In this document: positions 1 to 10,394 of the stretch, one piece after another
Layout: every line of letters begins with the position of its first letter
Position numbering within the stretch: the stretch's first letter is position 1
NCBI RefSeq assembly: GCF_036321535.1
Contig: NC_087436.1
Span: 109,990,001 to 110,054,000, forward strand
Length of the DNA: 64,000 nucleotides
Direction of reading: 5' to 3'
Origin: Camelus dromedarius
Taxonomy: Eukaryota
Made by a program: the position numbers and the translations under genes
Notes under the pieces: model-generated
Told to the model about the DNA's origin: nothing
Seen by the model: only the letters and a program-made list of their open reading frames with translations
Databases searched by the model: none

Positions 1-1454
1 TGATATTCATTATGTTTCCTTTGGAAAAATGTATTCAAATTTTTAAAAGTTCTGAATAACACCTTTAGCTGGTTTTATTTTCATTTTCAGCACTCACCTA
101 GAGCCCATCTAACACAGTTCATACAAAAGCATTTGCTTTTTTGTGCCGATTCTAAAGAACAATAGTGTTTTTTAAAGAGAAAACTTTGCTTTTAACAATC
201 TCATCTGAGTTTTTACCAACTCTTAAATAAATGAAAAATATAATGAGTGCTGAATATTTCAACAGACTTAAGATCTACTTTTCGTTCTTCTAATAAAGCT
301 ATATATGAGAATAGGAAAGTCACCTACACTTACCGAGTTTTAATTTAAAATCCAGTAGTGTGGGAAGACACAGATCTCTAGGGTCACTTCCATTTCTAAC
401 TCTGTACATTGGTGTATGCTTGACACTTTCATTTCATCTCCTTTTACCTGTATTTGTGCAATGTATTTCTAACTAATCCCCTGTATCAAATCCCTTCTTT
501 ACCACCCACAAAACAGTTTTCTGCAGCCACTCATTTTTCAATGGCTTTATTAAGAGATAATTTGCGTACTACAAAGTTTCCCCATTGTGATTGTACAGTT
601 CACTGATTGTTAGCAACTTTATAGAGTTATTTAATAATGATCACAATTTAGAACATTTCTATAAACTCCAAAATCTCTCTTGTACCTGTTTACATCTAAT
701 CCTGACTCTCACTAGCAATGCCATGCATCAGCTGATCTGCTATCAGTCTTTATATAATTTACATTTTCTGGGCTTTTAATAAACATTCACTTATACAATA
801 GGTAGCCTTTCCTGTCTGGCTTCTCTCACTTTTCATAATGGTTTAAGTTTCTATATCATATTATTGTGTGTACCAGTAGTTCATTTCTTTTACTTGATTA
901 ATAATGTTTAATATGTATATTATCACATCCTGTCTGTTTATTTACAAGTTGGTGGGAATTCACATTGTTTCCAAATTCTGGCTATTATGAATAATGCTGT
1001 TGTGAACATCTGTATATATGTCATTTGAGGCACATGGGTTGTTTTTTTTTTATCTCTTGGGTATATTATTAAGATTGAAACAACTTGGTCTTATAGGAAA
1101 ATTAAATTTTTAAGAAATTGCCAAATGGTTTTCCAAAGAAGTCAGATTATTTTACATTTCAGTCAGCAATGTATGAAGAATTCGATTTTCCACGTTTTGG
1201 CCGAACATTGGTATTGTATCTCTTTTTGATTGCAGGCATTCTAGTTGGTGTATAGCGATATCTCTTTGTGATTTTATTTCCATCTCTCTAATAGTTAATA
1301 TGGTTGAAGACTTTTCATGTGCTTTATTAGCTTTTGGTAGTAAAATCTTTAGTGAAATGTCTACTCAAAGAATTTGTCCATTTTAATTGTTTTTTTGGTC
1401 TACTTATAATAAATCAAAAGAGTTCTTTATATATTATGGCTACAAATTAATTTG

Positions 1455-1743
1455 TATGTTTTTCTTTTTTTATTGAGTTATAGTCAGTTTACAATGTTGT
1501 GTCAATTTCTGGTATACAGGACAATTTTTCAGTCACACATGACTATATATATATATTCATTTTCATATTCTTTTTCACCGTGAGCTACTACAAGATCTTG
1601 AATATATTTCCCTGTGCTATACAGTATAATCTTGTTTATTTTATATGTGCCTGTCAGTATCTACAAATCTCGAACTCGCAGTTTATCCCTTCCCACCTCC
1701 CTTCCCCCAGCAATCACAAGTTTGTATTCTATGTCTGTGAGTC
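1455..1743 (-). mobile_element. Young camelid-type L1 3'-end fragment nested in older L1
   Basis: T-rich tail then ttattgagttatagtcagtttacaatgttgtgtcaatttctgg...ttctatgtctgtgagtc. Homologous to copies at 3691-3872 and 7279-7517. The host L1 is split at ggctacaa/ggtacaa. Confidence 0.85.
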
Positions 1744-3347
1744 GGTACAAGTCTTTTTCAGATGTTTGACATAAATATTTTCTTAGTCTATGGATTTTCT
1801 AAATGATATTTTTGAGGCACAAAACTTTTAATTTTGATAAAATCCAGTGTATTCCTTTTTTTCCCTTATGTTTATCGTCATTTCTTAGAATTTATTGCCC
1901 AACTTTAGGTCACAAAGATTTTGTCCTACATTTGATTTAGAAGATTTATAGTTTTAACTCTCATATATAGGTGTCTGATCAGTTCTGAATTAATTTTTTC
2001 ATATAGTGTGAGTTAAAAGTCTAAGTTCTTCTCTTCCTCTTCCTCCTCTTCCTCTTTCATTTTTTCTTCTTTATACATAGGAATTTACAATTGTCTCGCC
2101 ATCATTCAGACCCATAATTTTCTTCCATTAATCTATATACCTATCTTTGTGCCAATTCACTATCTTGATTGCTATGGCTTTATACCTTGCCTTGAAATCA
2201 AATACTGTGCATTCTCCAACTTTCTTCTTTTTCAAAATTATGATGGATATCTTGGTTTTTTGAACTTCCATATGAAATTCAGAATCTACTTAATTTCTAC
2301 AAGAGAGTATTGTAATTTTGAAAGAGACTGCATGGAATTTATAGATCTATCTGGGGAGAATTATCATTTAATGATATTGAGTCTTCAGTTTGTGAAAATG
2401 AAATGTCTTTCCATTATTTTAGATCATCTTTAATTTCTCTCAGCTATGTTTTGTAGGTTTCAGTTTGAGAGTATTTCCATTCCTTTTTTCCTTCTTTTAT
2501 ATCTGTGTTTTATTATTATTGACGCTATTGAAATAAGAATTGTTTTCACAATTTTCTTTTCAGGTTTTTCATTGCTAGTGAATAGGAGGAAAATTGATTT
2601 TTTTACGTTAATCTTCTGTCCTAGAATTTTTTACTTACTTATATGTCTAGTAACCATCCTCATCCCCACGAATTTTTTTTAGGATTTTCGTCATACAACT
2701 TTAAAATCATAAAGACACTTTATTCCTCTGTTTCCAATTTGAATGCCCTGCCCCTCCATTACTGCCTTATCATACTAGTTAGAACCTACAGAACAATGTT
2801 GAGTAGAATTGGCAAAATTAGGCATTCTTACCTATTCCAACCCTTAGGGGAAACATATTGTCTTTCAACATTAACTTTGATGTTGCTCATAAACTTTTCA
2901 GAGATGATCTTACCAGGCTGAGTAAGTATACTTCTATTCCAATTTTGGGGGGAGTTTTTATCATGAATTGGTGTTGTGATATTTAAAATTCTTTGTCTAC
3001 CTCTATTGAAATAATAATGTGTTTTTTTGTCCTTTATTTTACTATAGTATAATATTAATTGATTTTTTGTTGTTAGACCAACTTTGCATTCCTGAGATGA
3101 GTCCCACTTGCCATGGTATATAATCCTTTTATTCATTGCTGACTCAGTATGCTAATATCATTACAGATTTTTTTGTCCATAAATTCATCTTGGATATTGG
3201 TATGTAATATTCTTGTGAAATTTTAGTCTTGTTTTGGTATCAGGGTAACACTGGACTCATAGTTTGGGTTGGATAGCGTGTCCCACTCTTCTAAATTATG
3301 TAAAGCTTTGTGAAGGACTGGTATTATTTATTCTTTAAATATTTGAT

Positions 3348-3872
3348 TGTCAGATGCAATGTCGCTGCACACGGCCCAGCCAGCTGAAGGGTCAGGCACA
3401 GCTCTTTCGCACCAAGAACTCTGATCTAAAGGGCCAGGTGCGAGTCCTTTGCACACAGCACCCTGTGAGCAAGTGAAACTAGACCAAGAACAAGAAAAAA
3501 AAAGATATTTCAAGAAACACTCGTTCTGAGCTGGGCCAAGATGGCAGAGTAGAAGGATGACTAGTTTACCCTCTCCCACAAATACAGCAAAAACCACAGC
3601 TACATATGGAGTAAATCACACAGAATACCTACTGAAGTTTGGCAGAATATCTCTTACATCAGAAATACAAGGAAATCCTCACAAAACCAGATAAACAACA
3701 AGTTTTTTCTGTATAGCAGAGGCAACTGTATTCAGCATCTTGTAGTAACCTATAATGAAAAAGAATATGAAAATGAATATAGATGTATATGTATAACTGA
3801 AACATTATGCTGTACACCAGAAATTGACACAACATTATAAATTGATTATACTTCAATAAATATATCTATGAG
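3348..3872 (+). mobile_element. Chimeric retro-insertion: non-L1 GC-rich segment, L1 5' end (~3527-3690) and L1 3' end (3691-3872)
   Basis: The host L1 (aaatatttgat|agaattttccagtg) is interrupted. CAAGATGGC, typical of L1 5' starts, lies at 3537-3545. The 3' portion matches the other camelid L1 3' ends, with AATAAA at 3855-3860. Confidence 0.75.
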
Positions 3873-3959
3873 AGAATTTTCCAGTGCAACCATCTGGGCC
3901 TGGGCTTCTCTTATAAAATAGATTTTTAATTAGTTATTCAGTTTGCTGTGGAGTCCCAC

Positions 3960-5190
3960 TAACAAATTTCAGTTTCAGTTACTGTACCTTTCCACTCTTA
4001 AATTTCAATTTAGTTCTTAATTTTAATTTAGGAATTTTAGCATATCTAGTTTTGATTTATTGTCGTTATGCTTTCCTTTAGCTCTTTGAACATAGTTATA
4101 GTTGCTTTGAAGTCTATCTGCTAAATGTAACACCTGAGACCCCTCAGAAATAGTCTGCATTGACTGTTTTTTCATAAGTTGAATCACACTTGTTTCTTCA
4201 CATATCTCAAAAATGTTTTGTTGAAAACAGAACATTTTAGATAAACTAGTTGTAGCAACTCTGGACTCTGATTTCTGCCCCATGATGATGGTTTGTGGTT
4301 TTTGTTTATTTCACTTATTTATTTATTATTTTTCATTTAATGATTGTTAGGGCTTAATCTATGAACTCTGTCTTGCTTTCAGTGTGCTGCTATTGATGTT
4401 TTTGCTCAGTTCCTCTTTTTTATTATTCTTATTTTTTAAAATTATTTTTAAGAGGTTACTCAATGTTTATATACCTTAGTTATCAACTAATAATTAAGGT
4501 TATGCTCATCCATCCCAAGATCATAAGATTTTTATACTCTGCATATGAGCTATATCTGCATGTGTAGGAAAGTGCATGCAAATTTAGATTGTTCTTATAT
4601 CTACTCCAGATTTTACTTTCCACTGAGCCATTTTTAGTTTTCTGTGTGCATGTGAGCATCCTCAGATTTGGTCAGGAGTGTGTGGTTGGCTTAGGTCCTC
4701 TATGTCTTAGCCTCAATCAAGCCTCAAAGATATTCCTGTAGGTAATAACTATTGCATCAGGCTAATAGAGCCATTGGTCCTTCTTGCCACTGAGAGTGGG
4801 CATTGCCATTCCTACAAAGTGAGGGAGCCCCCTTTGATGGCAGCAGAAGCTGCTGTTCCTTATGCCTTTCCCTACTCTGGCAGAACTTTCATGTGTACTA
4901 ACTTATGGGGATGTGACTGTGTTAAGAAACAGCCTTCAGTCAGAATGTCACAGATTTCCACTCTTCTAATGTGCACTCTTTTAAGTTCAGCAGGATTTTT
5001 TGAAGCAAAAATGCTTCTCATATCATTTTATGCCTTTGGTTTTATTAATTTACAAATCACTGAAAAGATATTTGGGGCTTTACATGATTTTGTGTGTGTG
5101 TGAGTTTGTTTGGCTTATTTTTTGCATTTTTCCCCCAGGTTTATGGGGAAAGGATCTTCCTACTTTCTCACCTGACCATAATCTGCAGCC
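3960..5190 (-). mobile_element. Old L1M ORF1/5' region remnant
   Basis: Antisense L1M ORF1-region pattern (gttgctttgaagtctatctgctaaatgtaacacctgagacccctcagaaatagtctgcattgactg; ttttgttgaaaacagaacattttagata). Confidence 0.6.
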
Positions 5191-5379
5191 ACTTATTTTT
5201 GTGCTATATGTCTGATCAGGTTTCTCTGCATAAAACATATTTGTAGCTTCCATTTTTTCTTAAAATAAAAACTTTCACAATACTAATGCTTAATACCTCA
5301 TCTAATGCATCTCTGTAGCAGTATTACACCCCGTGCTTCCTTTTTCTCCCTGTGGTCTAGTAGACTGGTCTTATTTGAT

Positions 5380-5720
5380 CCCCTGTGTCCCCTCCCACCA
5401 CAATACCTGCACAGTTGTTTTCTGCCAGAAATGCCTTCTCCTTCTCTCCCCTATTCCATGATTAACTCTTCTTTTTCTTCATATCTTTCCTCAATCATAA
5501 CTTTCTGATCTTTCCAACTAGATTAATTGTCCTGTTAAATATTCCTAAGCAATAGATAATTCTACTTCTTAACATTTACCACATTTTTCCTTTATTTATT
5601 ACAGGCTAAGAAATAATCTCTTTTGCTTTTCATCATATTCTCCATGCCTGACAGGGTGCCTGGCACTCATAAGACTAAACAGCTGAGGGATCATTTTCTT
5701 AAACATTTGTTAAATATGGG
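5380..5720 (+). mobile_element. L2 3' fragment
   Basis: tctgccagaaatgccttctcc ... tctccatgcctgacagggtgcctggcactcataagac resembles the L2 3' terminus. Confidence 0.6.
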
Positions 5721-6429
5721 GTCTGATTATCACGAGCTGGTAAATAAAGTTTGACATATAATTTCTTTACATCTGCTATGAACCAGGCACCTTGGCAGGT
5801 CTTGGAGGATACAAAGATAAATTAAATGCATTAATGTCATTTTTACACATATTAATGCAAATAGGCATTTTCCACATTAACATTATTACAGTCAAAACAC
5901 TACCCCTGAATTGGGCCAGATAATACTTCTTCCACAATTTAACTTGACATAGTTGGGATAGTTTATGCAAAAACTTATCACCGGGCACAATAAATTAATG
6001 TTTAAAGTTAAATGTTAATATTTTGCAGTTTTGTTGTATTTAATATATAAATGTATTTTTCTTTCCTGCTTGTAAATGAGATATAAGCACAAGAAAATTA
6101 TGCTGGTTTTATTCTGTAAATATTTAAATACTAACATTATGATAAAAATAATTCAATGGCAGGAATCCACAGGTATAATTTCCCTGTAAAATGGTATTTT
6201 GCATCACTCACATTTGAGCAATATTGAAACAGGGTGTTTTTACAAATATTTGCTGTCAGAAGAAAAAGGAGTAGAAATGGAGGAAGATGAAAAAGGGAAA
6301 TGGAAATAAAAGGGGGCCAAGAGAAATAATTGTTATATAAACAGATGCTGAGTGTAAATTCCCAATTATCTGCTCCCCGTTCTCTACTAGAGCCTCAGTC
6401 CTCCCTGTTCATCGCCCTTTAGTTTTCAG

Positions 6430-6740
6430 CGCTTTCCCAGGGAACAGTGTAGTCCTTTGCCCCACTGGCAGCCCTGGCCAAGTGACTTGCTTGGCTGGCG
6501 GACTGTAATTGAAATTGTGTACCCATAGCATGTTTTTGCCAGTTCTCTTGCTTTTCTCTTTTGCTACCAGAGCAGTATGTCCCGAGAAGGAGCCCTTCAT
6601 TTAGCCTGAATCTTGAAATGAGAGCGCATGAGTTTCAGAGTCCCATGAAACCCACCACCACTAGTGGGAGTGAGAAATAAGCCAGTGTCGTTGAAAGCCG
6701 CACAGAGCTTGAGGTGAGGGCAGCCTTATCTAGAAACTGA
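6430..6740 (+). mobile_element. Old MaLR LTR (MLT1H-K-like)
   Basis: ggccaagtgacttgcttggc, ttcatttagcctgaatcttgaaatgag and gtgagaaataagccagtgtcgttgaaagcc resemble MLT1 motifs. Confidence 0.55.
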
Positions 6741-7278
6741 GGAATGAAATCAGCATTATACATTATTGAGAGTTTTGTGAGGAAGAAACACAGATATTAC
6801 TGTGTCCCTGCTTTTTAAATGTCGTTTTATTTCAGTGAAAATAAAGCATGTTAACCTGGTGCATATTTCCATCTCTTTGTGCTCCCTGGATGCTGTATAT
6901 ATGGCACACAAAACTATAAAACAAGAATAGTGAAGCGAGTTAAATCAACAGCCACCCCAAAGAATCAATTATCTTTTTCCCCAGAAGCCACTGAAGGAAG
7001 TTAGTTTCCCAAAGTCAATTTGATGAAAAAGTGGGACTCCACAGCATCACCCCAGGCTTGTACTTGAGCTTCCTGCATTGCAGCTTCCAAAATGTGAAGG
7101 GCAACAGTGTCTGAACTTCAAAAGATTGAAAGAAGAGACTGATTCTGGGAGCTCACTGCAAACTAGATACCCAAAGCCATTGAATTGGGGTTTTAGGATT
7201 CCTTTCTTCAAACTACTTACTGCAAATCTAAGAGCAAGACATAACCTTACTTAACCTCACATCTTGCCTGAGAGTCTT

Positions 7279-7517
7279 TTATTTCCTTAATTAAAATTGC
7301 TTTGTATATATACTTTTTTATTGAAGTATAGTCAGTTTACAACGTTGTGTCAATTTCTGGTGTGCAGCATAATGCTTCAGTCATACATGAACATACATGC
7401 ATTGGTTTTCATATTCTTCTTCACCATAGGTTACTACAAGATAGTGAATGTAATTCCCTGTGCTATACAGTATGAACTTGTTGTTTATCTACTTTATATA
7501 TATTAGTATCTGCAAAT
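7279..7517 (-). mobile_element. 5'-truncated camelid-type L1 3' end with 11-bp TSD
   Basis: Perfect TSD ctgagagtctt at 7268-7278 and 7518-7528. The site TCTT/A resembles an L1 endonuclease target. The body ttttattgaagtatagtcagtttacaac... matches the other copies. Confidence 0.9.
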
Positions 7518-7937
7518 CTGAGAGTCTTACTTTACTAGTTTCACACATTGTAGTTTTATTTTCAGGGAGGCTGCTTCTCAGTTTTTAATAATGAAAGGGC
7601 ACGGTCTGAGAAGTTGTCATGATCCATGACGTCTATTTCCATGAATTCTTTTTCCTAAATGAGGGATGTCAAAGGAGAAGGTATCCAGGCCTTCATGTAT
7701 TTCCACTCATGAAGGACATTTATCCAGAAAATGGTGATAGAATGAGAAGAGAAAACCAAAGCCATGAAAGCCAGGTTGAGTTTCATTCCTGACCACTGCA
7801 GAAAGTAGAATTTTCACAAAATATTTGGGAAGAGGCCAAATACGGGTGAATACATGTGCACTTGGCGTATATGTGAATATGCAGGGCTTTCCAGGACTGA
7901 GAATTACTTGCCAGTTAAGTGTTTTCATTGCGCATAA

Positions 7938-7983
7938 TTTCTACTCTCATCTGAGACCTCCTTTCTACTCTCATCTGAGACCT
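7938..7983. repeat. Short tandem duplication, 22-bp unit
   Basis: tttctactctcatctgagacct at 7938-7959 and 7962-7983. Confidence 0.95.
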
Positions 7984-8574
7984 AAGAAGGGGTGATTGTC
8001 CTTCTTCCAATCCTTTTGAACTTCAAATAGAAGTTTTCTGAGGACAGAAGTTACCTTTGTCACTTAGCCATTTATTTAACACTGTGTTTTGGGTTTGTTT
8101 TTCCTGATTTTTTCTTTCATTGTAAATCTGTTCTGAATTTTAAAAAAGGGAGTTCATCATCTAATTAAAAGATGTTCAGTAAATACAAAATTATAATAAA
8201 ATGTAGAAAGTGCTTTGACAGCAGTGGGATGCAGAAGAGGTGTGCCTGTTTAGCCTGTGCACAGGGTAAGAGTTCAAAATGTGAGCTAATCTTATAAGAC
8301 AACTGAAATATGTAGGTGATGAAGGGGGAAGAAATTTCCTTCTTCCCAGTAATAAAGCTAAGAGAGAGCAAAGACTAGATGAGAAACTGTAAGTTACTCC
8401 ACTGAACCAAAAGCTAGCACTTTGATTTTGCTCTCTTATTTTTGGCATATGATTCAAATCTTTCACTCATCAAACTATTTAATAATTTTCATTAAGGTGT
8501 GTTTCAGTAATGGTACTTCATTTCTTTCATTCATTTAATATAAAAATGATTCCTTGAGTTAGGTGAATTGGTGG

Positions 8575-9071
8575 TGTGAATGAAAAACGCTGCAAACCAC
8601 ATCAGTAAACAAAGAATGCTGAAGCCATCAAGTCATCAGCCACTGCCACCAACCATCAGTGAAGACAAGCCTGCAGCCCAGCCTCTGCAGCCACTCACCA
8701 TGGTGCACCCTGAGGGGATGCAGAATAAAAAAGGACAGGATACCGGCCCTAGATAGCTAGGTGCTTGTCAAAGGAATGAATTCAATGAGCCCAAATGTTT
8801 GCTTCCTCCCAGACATAGAAAAGCACAAATTCTTCAACTTGAGATGCCTGGTTTTCTTTAGTTAACAAGTAATCTTTTAATGTTCCAACTACCTGGTCTT
8901 TGTTGTAAAGCTCCTGTATATGCTGGCTCCTCCCCTACCCCTTTGGAGCAGTCCGTCAGAACCATCTGAGAGGCTGTCATCCCAGGCTCAAAGGGGTTCA
9001 AGTCCTCAGAAGTGTCCGCCAAATAAAACATAACTCTTAACTTTTAGGCTGCACATTTATTTCAGTCAACA
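8575..9071 (+). mobile_element. ERV1-type solo LTR (~497 bp)
   Basis: TG...CA ends with an imperfect terminal inverted repeat (tgtgaatgaaa / tttcagtcaaca). TATA-like tgtatat at ~8915, AATAAA at 9022-9027. 4-bp TSD gtgg/gtag (3/4). Confidence 0.8.
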
Positions 9072-9229
9072 GTAGTTAAATACACAAACAGGTGCACACC
9101 TTTTCTTTTTTACTGTCATTGGACAGTTATTTTGTTTGGTTATTAAGTAGTCCCGAGAGCGGCTGAGATTCAATGTATATGTTTTCTGAAATTACACCAC
9201 ACTGACAATTCCTTCATTAAGTCTTCTGA

Positions 9230-9895
9230 TAAATTATCTCCATCCCCTGCACCAACACTTTAGCTTAGCTTAGCTTCCTACCTCATGACTTATTTTCAAT
9301 CTTCTTCTCCCTGCTTACTTTTCTAGCTCCAGTCTCTCCATCAATTTATTTAAAGCCAATTTTATCAAGTCACTTCCTTGCTCAAAGACTCTCCTGTGAC
9401 TGACTATTTCTGGCTGGCCTCCCCCTTGGCTTTCAAGATCTCTTTAATCAAACTTTTTACATATCTATTTCCTTTGTTCTTCATTTTTTTTTTTTTTTAA
9501 AGACATACTCTTCCTGCTAGTCTCTGTCCTCTTGGCTTCCTTCATAAACTTTACCTTGACTTTTTCTTTTACATCTCTTTGCAGACAATTTTCACTCATC
9601 TTTCAAAACTTTATTTAATTCATTCATCTTCTTAAAATCTTTATTGTCAAGATGGAGAGCAGGAAGCCTTGTTGTCCGAATTCTTATTGGACTTTCAATC
9701 AATTCCGTGAAACTCTCTGCTAAAAAAAATCCTGTTGTGTATAGATCAATTCTGTCTTGTAAATGTAGGTATTGTCTTCTCAACTGGATGTGCTGTCCTT
9801 GGAGATGAGAACTGTGGCCCATGCTGTTCTACATTCCACACTATGCTTTACATTCTGCTGAAAGCGTAGTGAAAACTCAGCAAAGGTTGGTTGTA
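9230..9895 (+). mobile_element. Decayed L2 fragments
   Basis: caagtcacttccttgctcaaagactctcc and the 3' end-like gaaaactcagcaaaggttggttg. Confidence 0.45.
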
Positions 9896-10394
9896 ACAAA
9901 AGCACTTTTCTTTTTTTTCCATCCCTAGCTTAACGTCAGAATGTTTTGTGCAAGTTATGAAATGAATCACCTTTTAAAGCTGCATTTAATCTATTTAATC
10001 TGTTTTATATCTTATACAAACACAAAATAAACACATTTCATATTTAAGATTTACATTGTCTTAATCTTAAGAATTTGAATTTAGGTTTGGTCCTTTTAAT
10101 ATCCACACATCTTCTCATATTTTACTTTTTTATGTTTTGGTGGCGTCAGCAGTGGTCCTTATAAAAAATTTAGATGTCTCTACCACATAATCGACAAGTG
10201 TATGTATTTGTGTCTTGTATTTTCTGAATATTGAGTACATTTGGCCTCACCAGTGTTACCCAGAACTAGCTGGAAAGAAAATGTTGAAATTGGAGCTGCT
10301 CCATGTTCTAACCCTTAGACTTGTTTGAACCATCATTATTATTAATTTCCTTAAATCTTGCAAAAATATAATATAATATCACAACAAGGATTTT

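Larger units (their letters stand above)
540..3950 (-). mobile_element. Ancient L1M (L1MB/MC-like) LINE, 3' end plus decayed ORF2; interrupted at ~1455-1743 and 3348-3872
   Basis: Antisense L1 hallmarks (ttctggctattatgaataatgctg, tttaagaaattgccaaatggttttccaaag). The minus strand at ~3070-3130 reads KRIIYH, then a frameshift, then QVGLISGMQSW, matching the L1 ORF2 RT motif HDQVGFIPGMQGW. Confidence 0.9.

Noticed and set aside
2828..3136. ORF with partial reverse-transcriptase-like residues
   Set aside because: A frameshifted remnant of dead L1 ORF2, not a functional CDS.
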